Positions 1 through 8,911 of a stretch of 64,000 nucleotides of DNA are shown here, piece after piece. Positions within the stretch are counted from its first letter, which is position 1, and every line of letters begins with the position of its first letter. This DNA is from Dehalococcoidia bacterium (GTDB lineage Bacteria; Chloroflexota; Dehalococcoidia; DSTF01; WHTK01). The stretch is taken from positions 227,594-291,593 of the forward strand of contig CBDCMQ010000007.1 of assembly GCA_965219205.1 (NCBI GenBank), in the 5' to 3' direction. The notes under the pieces are model-generated. The model made no database searches. It was not told the DNA's origin and saw only the letters and a program-made list of their open reading frames with translations. A program made the translations under genes and the position numbers.

Positions 1-306
1 AACCAATACCTCCTCAACTTCGCCGGAGCTACCAAACGTTAGACTCGATTGCTGAGTCGCCGGGGCGCGTCCGCTGGCCGAAATTGTGTCATTTAAGGTG
101 GTTTCGAAAGCAGGAATGTAAGCTGGAGCGGCCGGGGCCGGTTGATTAAGGTCTGTGACCGAGGCATACAGCTTGTACCCACCGAAGGCCGCTGCCAGCG
201 CAATGGCCACCAGGGCGAGAATTTCAAACGATGACGGACCTCGAGAAATCGACCTGCCTTGCAGCTGCAGGCGGCCATGACCTCCACCGGAAATTGACTG
301 ACTCAA
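1..306 (-). CDS. Efflux RND/MacA-HlyD-type periplasmic adaptor subunit, 5' part (runs off left edge)
   Basis: Not in ORF track. Manual translation from TTG at 306 (GAGGGAG upstream): N-terminal TM ILALVAIALAAAFGGY, then TLNDTISASGRAPATQQSSLTFGSSGEVEEVLV, typical of adaptor N-termini. Confidence 0.7.
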   Translation of the reverse strand, partial: MSQSISGGGHGRLQLQGRSISRGPSSFEILALVAIALAAAFGGYKLYASVTDLNQPAPAAPAYIPAFETTLNDTISASGRAPATQQSSLTFGSSGEVEEVLV

Positions 307-419
307 CGGCACTCTCCCTCGGGCGGATACTAGACTCCGTGGCGTGCGCAATTATCAAGAAAGGCTTAAACAATAGCAAAGAAGCAAAGGAGAGCAGACT
401 TGCAGGAGTTCTACCGCCA

Positions 420-815
420 ATGACCTTTGAGACAAAGCGACTGCCAACCTCGCCCGATGTACGCGCCCCGGACGGCTCAGATGTAAGGGTTCTGCTCGCG
501 CTCGAAGGCGGCAGCATGGCTCACTTTGAACTCCCGTCCGGCCTGATCTCTCAAGCGGTGGCTCACAAAACTGTCAGCGAAGTTTGGTACGTGGTGGGCG
601 GTCAGGGAGAAATGTGGCGCCGACTCGACGATCAGGAGGAAGTGGTCGACTTGGCACCAGGAATCTGCATTTCGATTCCGGCCGGTACTGCGTTTCAGTT
701 CCGCACAACTGGCCCTGATCCCATCAGTGCGATAGCAGTCACCATGCCTCCGTGGCCCGGTGAAACCGAAGCCTACGAGGTCACCGGCAAGTGGGTTGCC
801 AAGCTCAGCGAATAG
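420..815 (+). CDS. Cupin domain protein
   Basis: Cupin motifs AVAHKTVSEVWYVVGGQG and PGICISIPAGTAFQFR; start moved to ATG 420 (AGGAG upstream). Confidence 0.8.
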   Translation: MTFETKRLPTSPDVRAPDGSDVRVLLALEGGSMAHFELPSGLISQAVAHKTVSEVWYVVGGQGEMWRRLDDQEEVVDLAPGICISIPAGTAFQFRTTGPDPISAIAVTMPPWPGETEAYEVTGKWVAKLSE

Positions 816-944
816 CTAACACCGGCAATGCGCGTGACGCTTGCCGGGGGCTAAAAGGCGCCTTGCGTCTGCGAACAACCGGGCTTCGCCCGTTGAATGC
901 CGCTCTGCTAGTGCCCGATTAGCGCCTGGTAGAAGATGGTGTCT

Positions 945-1592
945 ATGCGAATTTTGGTGGGCACGAAAATCACTGACGCCGCGGCCGATTGGCGTGAAGC
1001 GCTGCCGGAGCAGCCAGTCGTTGTCGACCTCGGCGCTGGAGACGGTCGCTTCACCTACGAACAAGCAAAGCGCGATCCAAAGGCCCTTTTCGTGGGCGTC
1101 GATGCGGACGGCGATACGCTCTCTGAATACGCGTTCCGAGCGGCTCGCAAGCCTTCCCGCGGTGGCACTGGGAACGCAATCTTTGTCGTGGCCGCTGCCG
1201 AAGCCTTGCCGGAAGAACTGCTTGGCATAGCCAGCCTGGTTCGGGTTAATTTCCCCTGGGGCAGTCTGCTACGAGGTCTGGTGCTTCCCGAGCCCTCGAT
1301 CCTCAAGGCGGTGGCCGGCTTATCTAATCCTGGCGGGCGTTTTGAGTTCGTCATCTGTTACGACCCGGTCCACGATCTCGCCGGGCTCGGCGGAGAGACC
1401 CTGCCACCACTGGAGGAGGCGCGCATCGATAGTGCTTTGGCGCCGGCCTACGCCGAGGCCGGCCTTAGTTTGGAAGAAAAGCGGAGACTGAAGGTGAAAG
1501 AGGCGCTGGCGATACCGTCCACTTGGGGCAGACGCCTTCTCCACGGTCGCAACCGCAGCGTCTTTCTGATCCGCGGCAGCTTTCGAACTTGA
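945..1592 (+). CDS. 16S rRNA (adenine(1408)-N1)-methyltransferase, NpmA/KamB family
   Basis: DLGAGDGR SAM motif, GVD, RKPSRGG..N..FVVAAAEALP, NFPWGSLL, STWGRRL and GRNR all match the NpmA/KamB motifs; about 215 aa. Confidence 0.85.
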   Translation: MRILVGTKITDAAADWREALPEQPVVVDLGAGDGRFTYEQAKRDPKALFVGVDADGDTLSEYAFRAARKPSRGGTGNAIFVVAAAEALPEELLGIASLVRVNFPWGSLLRGLVLPEPSILKAVAGLSNPGGRFEFVICYDPVHDLAGLGGETLPPLEEARIDSALAPAYAEAGLSLEEKRRLKVKEALAIPSTWGRRLLHGRNRSVFLIRGSFRT

Positions 1593-1629
1593 ATTCGCCA
1601 CGAGGTCTTGGGTAATCGGCTAACCTTGC

Positions 1630-2385
1630 ATGGAACTACAAGAACAAGCCATGGAAACGGAGCCTCTAATGCTGACTGCGCGTAGCCTCCTCTTCGTCCC
1701 GGCTAACAACGAGGGAATGATCGATGAGGCCAAATCCGGCGCTGCCGACGTCATTGTCCTCGACCTGGAAAACTTTGTCCTGCCAGCGGAAAAGCCGGGT
1801 GCGCGGTCCACGATTAGATCCACCATCGAAAAGCTAAGTGCAGCGGGCAAAACTGTCCATGTGCGCATCAACCCTCTCGAATCCGGGCTGACGCAAGAGG
1901 ACTTGACCGCCGCCGTCGGGCCTGGTCTCGAGGGCATCGTCTTTCCCAAAACCGACGCGCCCCACCAGATTCGGGAACTGGATGTGATTATCCGTGAGCA
2001 GGAAATCCGCAAGGAAGTCCGCCCCGGAACCGCAGGGCTCTTTCCCCATCTTGGAAGCGCCAGCGGACTCCTGCGTTGTGAAGAGATCGCGCTCGCTTCA
2101 ACCCGTATTGCCGGAATTGCCCTGGATGTAGATGCGTACGCCGATGACGTTGGCATGCTGCGAACCAGCTCCGGCCACGAACTCGACTACGCTCGCAACG
2201 TTCTGACTCACTGTTGTGCCGCACATCAACTTTTGGCGCTCGACGCAGCCTTTTCAGACGTCAAGGACCTTGCTGGTCTGACGGAGGAAGCAATTCGCTC
2301 GCGTTCACTCGGTTTCAAGGGCAAGTACCTGATTCATGCGGAGCAAATTGACGCGGTAAATCGCGCCTTTTCGCGAACGTCCTAA
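1630..2385 (+). CDS. CoA ester lyase, HpcH/HpaI aldolase/citrate lyase beta (CitE-like)
   Basis: RSLLFVPAN, ADVIVLDLE, VRINP, FPK, GFKGKYLIH..QIDAVNRAF. Confidence 0.85.
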   Translation: MELQEQAMETEPLMLTARSLLFVPANNEGMIDEAKSGAADVIVLDLENFVLPAEKPGARSTIRSTIEKLSAAGKTVHVRINPLESGLTQEDLTAAVGPGLEGIVFPKTDAPHQIRELDVIIREQEIRKEVRPGTAGLFPHLGSASGLLRCEEIALASTRIAGIALDVDAYADDVGMLRTSSGHELDYARNVLTHCCAAHQLLALDAAFSDVKDLAGLTEEAIRSRSLGFKGKYLIHAEQIDAVNRAFSRTS

Positions 2386-2404
2386 CAGGCCGGCCGGCTA
2401 AGAG

Positions 2405-3424
2405 CTAAAAATGCGCCGCGAACCACTGATAGCGCTCGGGGGAGAGTTCCGCGAGCCTTGACGGGTCGCCAAAATACAGGGCGAAGCTGTTGGCGAAGTC
2501 CTCCAGAGGGTCTTCGCGAGAGAGAGAGCTCCAAAGCGGCTCGCCTTCGTAGGCGAATGAGACTCGAGCGTGATCGATCATCGAAATGACCTCTTCGGAC
2601 GGTGTCAGGACCTGCCAGCCTGCCATGACCATGAAGCTTTGCATCTCTGACCCGAGCAAGACACTGGCATAGTCGCCGGCCGGCGAATGCCTCAGGTTAT
2701 AGGCGTGGCCGAGCTCGTGCAGGATCGTCAGCACCGGTTGCCTGGGATACAGCACTACTTCATTCACATCGTCGTTTGTCGTGAAGTAGTTTGCCGGTCC
2801 GCCGTAAGGCTGGCTTCCCGTAGACGCAACACCTTCTGTACTCACGGTTATGTTTAGAATGCCGAGCTCACTGTTACCAAGCTGAGTCTTCACCGCCGAC
2901 GGAAGCAAGGCCAAGGCTTGCTCGACGTTGCTAAGAGTCACCAAATCCCAATCTTCGGCATCGATAAGCAAAACGAGCGAAGAAGCCTCTTCGACCGGTG
3001 CCAAAACCGGTGCGACTGGCACTTCAGCTGATTCCTGCGCGACGACTTCAAACCTGGGGACACTCCAGACCCCGCTAAAGCCTATTTCGAGCAGGCGCGG
3101 AACCAGGTCAGACGCAGCGCCGGATTCGGAGCTCGAGCCAGCTTCTACGACGAAGCCATTCTCTGATGCCGAGCCACTTCTGACGAAGGGTTGTCCGGCA
3201 GAGCCAGCCCTGCGCGCAGGGTCGCTCGCAGGCGTACGAATAATCTGAACGCTAGATGTTTCCGCGACCGCGTGGCCGGTCGGCTGGCGTGATTGAAATT
3301 CGACGCTCAGCGACCAAGGCGCCGCTAAGGGAAGGAAGATAAGGGCCACGAAGCCTGCAACCAAAGCGAGAAGCAAGCGGCGTGGGTGCGCCGGAACAGG
3401 CGACTGAGGAAGTCGAGCTAACAT
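2405..3424 (-). CDS. Secreted/membrane-anchored zinc metallopeptidase (HEXXH, ATLF/PPEP-like C-terminus)
   Basis: Hydrophobic N-terminus; ILHELGHAY; EDFANSFALYF...LSPERYQWF. Confidence 0.65.
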   Translation of the reverse strand: MLARLPQSPVPAHPRRLLLALVAGFVALIFLPLAAPWSLSVEFQSRQPTGHAVAETSSVQIIRTPASDPARRAGSAGQPFVRSGSASENGFVVEAGSSSESGAASDLVPRLLEIGFSGVWSVPRFEVVAQESAEVPVAPVLAPVEEASSLVLLIDAEDWDLVTLSNVEQALALLPSAVKTQLGNSELGILNITVSTEGVASTGSQPYGGPANYFTTNDDVNEVVLYPRQPVLTILHELGHAYNLRHSPAGDYASVLLGSEMQSFMVMAGWQVLTPSEEVISMIDHARVSFAYEGEPLWSSLSREDPLEDFANSFALYFGDPSRLAELSPERYQWFAAHF

Positions 3425-3477
3425 GCCAGCATCCTTGCTGCCTAGCCGCGCCTAAGCGCGTTTTAGCTGCCCATGAG

Positions 3478-3518
3478 GCTCAGACCAATCCTGGTCAAAG
3501 CTCGGACCGATCCTGGTC
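3478..3518. promoter_or_regulatory. Tandem palindromic operator-like repeats
   Basis: GCTCAGACCAATCCTGGTC (3478-3496) and GCTCGGACCGATCCTGGTC (3500-3518), 22-bp period, each containing GACC-N6-GGTC. Confidence 0.5.
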
Positions 3519-3526
3519 CTGATATA

Positions 3527-3554
3527 GAAAACGCCCGCCTTTCGCGGGCGTTTC
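3527..3554 (-). terminator. Intrinsic terminator downstream of folE
   Basis: GAAAACGCCCGC-CTTTC-GCGGGCGTTTC hairpin. Confidence 0.6.
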
Positions 3555-3590
3555 GTTGCTGTACTTCTCTCTTTATGCGATTTCGCTCGT

Positions 3591-4199
3591 CTAGCCACCG
3601 TTCCGAATCAGGCTCAAGAATTCCGATCGAGTACGTGCATCTGTCTTAAATCGTCCGAGCATGCAACTTGTTGTGGCCAGGCTGTTTTGCTTCTCGGCGC
3701 CGCGCATCATCATGCAGAGATGTTGCGCCTCCATTACTACCGCCACACCCTTCGGCTGCAAAATCTCCTCGATCGCCGTGGCAATCTCCGTCGTCAGGCG
3801 CTCTTGAACCTGGAGGCGCCGTGCATAGATATCAGCTATTCGAGCCAACTTGCTGAGGCCGACGATCTTGCCGTCTGGCAGATAGGCGATGTGACAGCGG
3901 CCAAAAAACGGCAGCAGATGATGTTCGCAGAGGCTGTAGACCTCAACGTCCTTCACGACCACCATTTCGTCATACTCAGCCTCGAAAAGCGCGCTACCGA
4001 CGACTTCCCGCGGATCGACATCATAACCCTGCATCAGAAAGGACAGGCTGTTAGCTACGCGAGCCGGCGTCTTAACCAGGCCGTCTCGATCTGGGTTTTC
4101 GCCAAGCTCTGCCAGCAAGGACCGGACCAATCCGGCCAGGATCGGAGAGGCGGCTTCATCAGTCTCAAAAAAATCGAGTTTGGTTTCTGGTTCCACCAT
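3591..4199 (-). CDS. folE: GTP cyclohydrolase I
   Basis: [43 protein letters not shown]. Confidence 0.97.
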   Translation of the reverse strand: MVEPETKLDFFETDEAASPILAGLVRSLLAELGENPDRDGLVKTPARVANSLSFLMQGYDVDPREVVGSALFEAEYDEMVVVKDVEVYSLCEHHLLPFFGRCHIAYLPDGKIVGLSKLARIADIYARRLQVQERLTTEIATAIEEILQPKGVAVVMEAQHLCMMMRGAEKQNSLATTSCMLGRFKTDARTRSEFLSLIRNGG

Positions 4200-4238
4200 T
4201 TGATTCTAACCCGCTTGTCTTGAAAATCAGGCTCGGCG

Positions 4239-4730
4239 CTACCAGCGCTCCTGATGGACCAACTCTTCCATCGGTAGCCGCTTGCGGCTTTCCAGCGGTG
4301 TTTCGTTTGCCGCCGGATAGCCAAACGCCACGGCGATAGCCACCCTATAGTCGTCTGGAATGCCGAGTGTCTCGCGGCTGAGGTCTTCGTCCTGCAGACC
4401 AACTGGGCAATTGATTATGCCTTCACTCCAGGCAGCAAGCATCATATTTTGCGCCACTCGGCCGACATCAAAATCACTGGCCCCTTGTTTGAGAGCTACG
4501 GCGACGCAAAGCGGCGCGTTGCGCAAAGGTTCACCACCCCGACCTGCTTCCGCCAGCTTCTGCCTGGTGGCTTGATCACGCACCGCGATCAAGCGGCATG
4601 GCTGGGAGTTACTGGAGCTTCCGGCCATACGGCCGGCCTGCAAGATTCGATTTACGGCGCCATCTTCGAGGCCACGGGAGTCATAATTGCGCCGGTCGCG
4701 CTTGGTCACTATCGTCTTGTAGGCGTTCAT
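4239..4730 (-). CDS. Nitroreductase family protein
   Basis: KRDRRNY, AGSSSNSQP, DVGRVAQNMMLAAWSEGI, VAFGYP. Confidence 0.88.
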   Translation of the reverse strand: MNAYKTIVTKRDRRNYDSRGLEDGAVNRILQAGRMAGSSSNSQPCRLIAVRDQATRQKLAEAGRGGEPLRNAPLCVAVALKQGASDFDVGRVAQNMMLAAWSEGIINCPVGLQDEDLSRETLGIPDDYRVAIAVAFGYPAANETPLESRKRLPMEELVHQERW

Positions 4731-4802
4731 CCAGCCCCCTTCTTGTCCCTGTCGATCAGGAGCCTAAACTGTACGAATCAAAGTACCGCATTCGGAGGCC
4801 AA

Positions 4803-5201
4803 ATGACCGAACTCTCCCAAGATGCTCAGACGCTGATCGACGAACCGCATCTTGCCCACTTCGTCACTTTAATGAAGGACGGATCACCCCAGGTATCACC
4901 GGTATGGGTTGACCACGACGGCACTCACATCCTGATCAACACGGCGGAAGGCCGCCAGAAGCCGCGAAACATTAGGCGCGATCGTCGTGTTGCCCTTTCC
5001 ATCGCTGACCACCAAAACAGCTTTCGCTACCTGCTCGTGCGCGGCAAGGTCGTCGAGATCACTACTGAAGGAGCCTGGGATCACATCCGCAAGCTAAATC
5101 TCAAGTACACCGGTTCGAGCGACTATCCGAAACACGATGGTCAGGTGCGGCTCCTGGTCAAGATTCTGCCGGAGCACGTCTTCTTCAGTCTCACCGGATA
5201 G
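4803..5201 (+). CDS. PPOX class F420-dependent oxidoreductase
   Basis: HFVTLMKDGSPQVSPVW, NTAEGRQKPRNIRRDRRVALSI; GGAGG before ATG 4803. Confidence 0.88.
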   Translation: MTELSQDAQTLIDEPHLAHFVTLMKDGSPQVSPVWVDHDGTHILINTAEGRQKPRNIRRDRRVALSIADHQNSFRYLLVRGKVVEITTEGAWDHIRKLNLKYTGSSDYPKHDGQVRLLVKILPEHVFFSLTG

Positions 5202-5268
5202 ACTCTGCCCGTACAGCCTTTGGATTTTTCGCAGGGCCGCCGCGTGACAATGGTAGAATTCAGGCTGG

Positions 5269-5342
5269 GCGGCCAAGGTGTTGTGGTGGCATGCGTCCCT
5301 CCCACGGATGAGGCGGGGGTTCAATTCCCCCTGGCCGCTCCA
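5269..5342 (+). tRNA. tRNA-Gly(CCC)
   Basis: Acceptor GCGGCCA/TGGCCGC, U73, CCA; anticodon arm CGTCC-CTCCCAC-GGATG; T arm GGGGG-TTCAATT-CCCCC; extended -10 TGGTAGAAT at 5251-5259. Confidence 0.92.
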
Positions 5343-5407
5343 GTCTTTTCTCAACCGCGCTGAATTTCGGCGCGGTCTTGCTTTCCTGGGCCGAGGCCCG
5401 CCTGACT

Positions 5408-6613
5408 ATGAACTCCAGTGACGAAGACGACGCCCAACCGCAGGAGCCGCTCAGCGGAGACAGCGAAGCGCCGGGCGCGCTGGAACCGCTTGAACCAGCA
5501 AAACGCCGCGCCGGCGGTCCGGTCGCGAGGCGGATCTATAGCACTGGCCGCGAGGACCTTGACCGTCTCGTCACTGAGACCCTAAAGAGCATCGAGTCAG
5601 GCGCGCCGGACGAAGAAGGCAAAGCCTCCACGATTCATCCAGCCATACTCGAGCTGGCGCGCGAAATGCTGACCTCTTCGCTTCGACTCGTGCTACAGGA
5701 CGCAACCAGGGCTGAATTAAAGCTGGTGAACGCGGCGCTAAAGGAATTCGCCTACTCTTTCCGAATTTTCGCCCCCTACAGCGACCTGCCGAAGGTCAGC
5801 ATTTTCGGCTCAGCCCGTGTCGCCCCCGGGGAACCCGCCTATCTCGCGGCGCGTGACTTCGCGATAGCCATTGCGGCCAAGGGCTGGATGGTAATAACTG
5901 GCGCCGGGCCCGGCATCATGGCCGCAGGGCACGAAGGCGCTGGCGCCAGTCAAAGTTTTGGGGCCAACATTCAGCTACCCGCCCTCAATCCGGCGAACGC
6001 GTACATCGCCAGCGACGACAAACTGATCAACTTCAAATACTTTTTCACCCGCAAAGTTACATTCCTCAAAGAATCTAACGCGTTCGTCCTTCTTCCCGGA
6101 GGTTGGGGCACCCTCGATGAGGCCTTTGAACTGCTCACGCTGATTCAAACCGGCAAGAGCGATCTCCATCCGGTCGTCCTCCTCGAACCTGAAGGCAGCA
6201 GCTATTGGCACCGATGGTTGGAATTCCTGCGAGAGGAGGTTCTGGCTCGCGGTTTCATCCTCGAGAGCGATCTGTCTCTGCTCTGCATCGCCAACAACGC
6301 CGCCGAAGCTGTCGACGAGATCGAGGCCTTCTACCGCAATTATCAATCCGCCCGTTTCGTGGGCGATCGGTTGATTCTACGGCTACAACGCGCGCCGGGC
6401 CCGGAAACGTTGACGTGGCTAAACCGTGAGTTTGCCGACCTCCTGGACGAGGGTTCTTTTGAGGTCATCGAGCCGACGTCGGCTGAGAGGCGCGACGAGG
6501 ACTCGCTCGACAGTGAACGTCTCGCGTTCTTTCCCAGGCATGCCTACGGTCGCTTGCGCCAACTGATCGATGTTTTGAATGGCTTACCAAGCCAGGAAAC
6601 TGGTTCGATCTAA
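5408..6613 (+). CDS. LOG family (TIGR00730) nucleotide phosphoribohydrolase
   Basis: VSIFGSAR, ITGAGPGIM, FKYFFTRK, LPGGWGTLDE. Confidence 0.9.
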   Translation: MNSSDEDDAQPQEPLSGDSEAPGALEPLEPAKRRAGGPVARRIYSTGREDLDRLVTETLKSIESGAPDEEGKASTIHPAILELAREMLTSSLRLVLQDATRAELKLVNAALKEFAYSFRIFAPYSDLPKVSIFGSARVAPGEPAYLAARDFAIAIAAKGWMVITGAGPGIMAAGHEGAGASQSFGANIQLPALNPANAYIASDDKLINFKYFFTRKVTFLKESNAFVLLPGGWGTLDEAFELLTLIQTGKSDLHPVVLLEPEGSSYWHRWLEFLREEVLARGFILESDLSLLCIANNAAEAVDEIEAFYRNYQSARFVGDRLILRLQRAPGPETLTWLNREFADLLDEGSFEVIEPTSAERRDEDSLDSERLAFFPRHAYGRLRQLIDVLNGLPSQETGSI

Positions 6614-7497
6614 TCTTCGGTCAGGCTTAGATTGCCTAACTTTTCCAGGGTTCTAACCAGTGCCTGGGTGCCCTCTTCTGCGCGGCCTTCAGCTTCTAAT
6701 GCCGTGAAGAGTTGGTGGACCAGCGAGGTTCCCGGCAAGGGTTGAGTGTTCTCGCGTGCGACCTCCAGCGCCAGTCTAAGATCCTTTTGTTGGTGCTGAA
6801 CCTTAAAGCCCGGGCGAAAGTCACGTTCTAGCATGCGCGGTGCCAGATTGGATAGCTGCCAAGAAGCCGCGGCGCCGTTCTTGACCGCTTCGAGCATTGT
6901 GCCGGGCGCAACGCCTGCTTTCTTGGCCAACATCAGTGACTCGCAGACGGCCAAGTTCGTCACGGACACCAAGACCTGATTGCAAAGTTTTACAGTCTGT
7001 CCGGAGCCGGAGGGGCCGCAATATGTAATCGTCTTGCCGAGTGCTTCGAAAAGCTCGCCGCAACGCTCGAAGACTGCCTGCTTACCGCCTACCATTATTG
7101 TCAGGGTTGCGTTTATCGCACCCGCCTCGCCGCCGCTCACCGGGGCATCCAACATCTCAATGGCCTTGGGCGCGTACGACGCCGCGACCGCTTGAGTCAC
7201 CGCAGGCGAGATTGTCGACATATCGATATGAATCAAGCCCGGCGCCGCCCCCTCGGCGATACCATCTTGGCCTAATGCAATCGCCTCAACATCTGGCGAG
7301 TCGCCGACCACCGTGAAAACAACTTCGTTTCGCTTCGCCACTTCGGCGGCGGATTCGGCCTCACTAGCACCAGCCTCGACCAGCGCGTCGATACCGGGCC
7401 GGCTGCGATTCCACACCGTGAGCTCATGACCAGCCTCGACCAGGTGTTTGGCCATAGGCCTGCCCATGATCCCCAAACCAATGAATCCCACTCTCAT
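6610..7497 (-). CDS. NAD(P)-dependent beta-hydroxyacid dehydrogenase (tartronate semialdehyde reductase-like)
   Basis: GFIGLGIMGRPMA, DAPVSGG, KLCNQ, KDLRLAL. Confidence 0.9.
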   Translation of the reverse strand: MRVGFIGLGIMGRPMAKHLVEAGHELTVWNRSRPGIDALVEAGASEAESAAEVAKRNEVVFTVVGDSPDVEAIALGQDGIAEGAAPGLIHIDMSTISPAVTQAVAASYAPKAIEMLDAPVSGGEAGAINATLTIMVGGKQAVFERCGELFEALGKTITYCGPSGSGQTVKLCNQVLVSVTNLAVCESLMLAKKAGVAPGTMLEAVKNGAAASWQLSNLAPRMLERDFRPGFKVQHQQKDLRLALEVARENTQPLPGTSLVHQLFTALEAEGRAEEGTQALVRTLEKLGNLSLTED

Positions 7498-7639
7498 CAC
7501 AGACCTCACTTTTCATCGCTGATCCTGCGCCTAGAGGCAGCTCGGAACTCGTCTCTGGGCACCGGAGAGGCCCAACGCGGCCGGTTTCTCGCCAACTGTC
7601 TAATTGCCAACTAAAGTGAAAACCTTCGAAGAAGCGCGA

Positions 7640-8791
7640 CTAGTAGGTCCGCCATAGCCACTGCTTCTCGAACGCGACTTTTGCCCAATGCCACATGATA
7701 CTCGGCTGCCTGAGTTCGATGCGCCGGTTAGTGGCGAGAAAGTTCCCCTGCGCCAGCGCCGCTGCTCCGGCTCCAACCTCAAGGAAGCATTTGCCCTCAC
7801 CCTTGTACAGGTCAGGCACGGGTCCGCCTCGAATCCGGAAGGCGATCTGCCTCGCGGCCGATCGTGCCTGGTCTTCGGCAAAGACGCCGGCTTTCGGCAG
7901 TTTCAGCCCAGCCGGCAGCGCTATGGATGTGATATCCCCGATCGCGAACACATTCTCGTGTTGTGTCTCCAAAGTCCCCGAATCGACAGGCACCCAGCCG
8001 GCAGAATCTGGGAGATCGGTTTCGCGAATCACCTCTGGAGCCTGATGTTCTGGTATGGCAATCAACAGATCGAAAGGTACCGGGTCTGCGCCTTGGAAAT
8101 TAGCCACGCGACCGCGGGAGTCCGCGCCTAGTAAATTGCGTCCGGTGTGCAGTTCGATGCCCTTATGTGCCAGCAAGCCAGAGATTTCCTCGCCGACCGC
8201 CGGCCCGGCGACCGCCATCGGACGCTCTTCCGGCGTATGAATTTCAATTTCAACTTTCTGGCGCATGCGGCGCGAATGGAAGTGATGCTCGATGAGCATG
8301 GCAGCCTCGTAAGGTGCCGCCGGACACTTAAATGGAACACCGGCAACCGAGATTACGACTTTGCCCCCAGAAAAGTAACGCAGACTGGCGGCAAGGCGCT
8401 CCGCCCCATCCAGCGTGAAGAAATTCTGGGCCGATTCCGCCAATCCCGGTTTCAGGTCGAGGGTTGTGTCTGCCCCCAAAGCCAGGATCAGGTAGTCATA
8501 TCGGATCTCGCGGCTGTCGGCACGAACCTGGCGGTTCTCAAGGTCGATCTCGCGAACCTCGGCGTTGACGAATTCCACCCCGTGGCGAGCAAGTTGGGCT
8601 CTCTTTCGGCTGATCGCATCTGCCCGGCGATCGCCCGTCATGACCCAAAGATAAGACGGGGGGAAAGTAGCCACGGGATCCCGATCGATTACGACGACTC
8701 GGCATTCCGAGCTCACTAATCGTTTCATCTCCCTGGCAGCGGCCACGCCGCCAATACCACACCCGAGGATTAAAACGGTGGATTCAGACAA
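7640..8791 (-). CDS. FAD-dependent oxidoreductase, sulfide:quinone oxidoreductase-like
   Basis: ILGCGIGG, KCPAAPYE, VFAIGD, LPKAGVFA, C-terminal KCF; TTG start 8791 after GGGAG. Confidence 0.82.
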   Translation of the reverse strand: MSESTVLILGCGIGGVAAAREMKRLVSSECRVVVIDRDPVATFPPSYLWVMTGDRRADAISRKRAQLARHGVEFVNAEVREIDLENRQVRADSREIRYDYLILALGADTTLDLKPGLAESAQNFFTLDGAERLAASLRYFSGGKVVISVAGVPFKCPAAPYEAAMLIEHHFHSRRMRQKVEIEIHTPEERPMAVAGPAVGEEISGLLAHKGIELHTGRNLLGADSRGRVANFQGADPVPFDLLIAIPEHQAPEVIRETDLPDSAGWVPVDSGTLETQHENVFAIGDITSIALPAGLKLPKAGVFAEDQARSAARQIAFRIRGGPVPDLYKGEGKCFLEVGAGAAALAQGNFLATNRRIELRQPSIMWHWAKVAFEKQWLWRTY

Positions 8792-8911
8792 ATTTGGCTC
8801 CCTAACGAGTCTAGCAGAGGCGATGCCCGGCCCCCGCCCTGACTGAGCCAGACGGCGGCCCGGGCATTCTGCTATCTTTGCTGAATTCCAGCGGCAATCG
8901 GGGAGGCGCAA

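Noticed and set aside
1-42. Plus-strand open frame ending at TAG 42 as the end of an upstream gene
   Set aside because: It is the antisense shadow of the better-supported minus-strand adaptor gene
4449-4802. Upstream extension of the PPOX ORF
   Set aside because: Overlaps the nitroreductase antisense; strong GGAGG precedes ATG 4803
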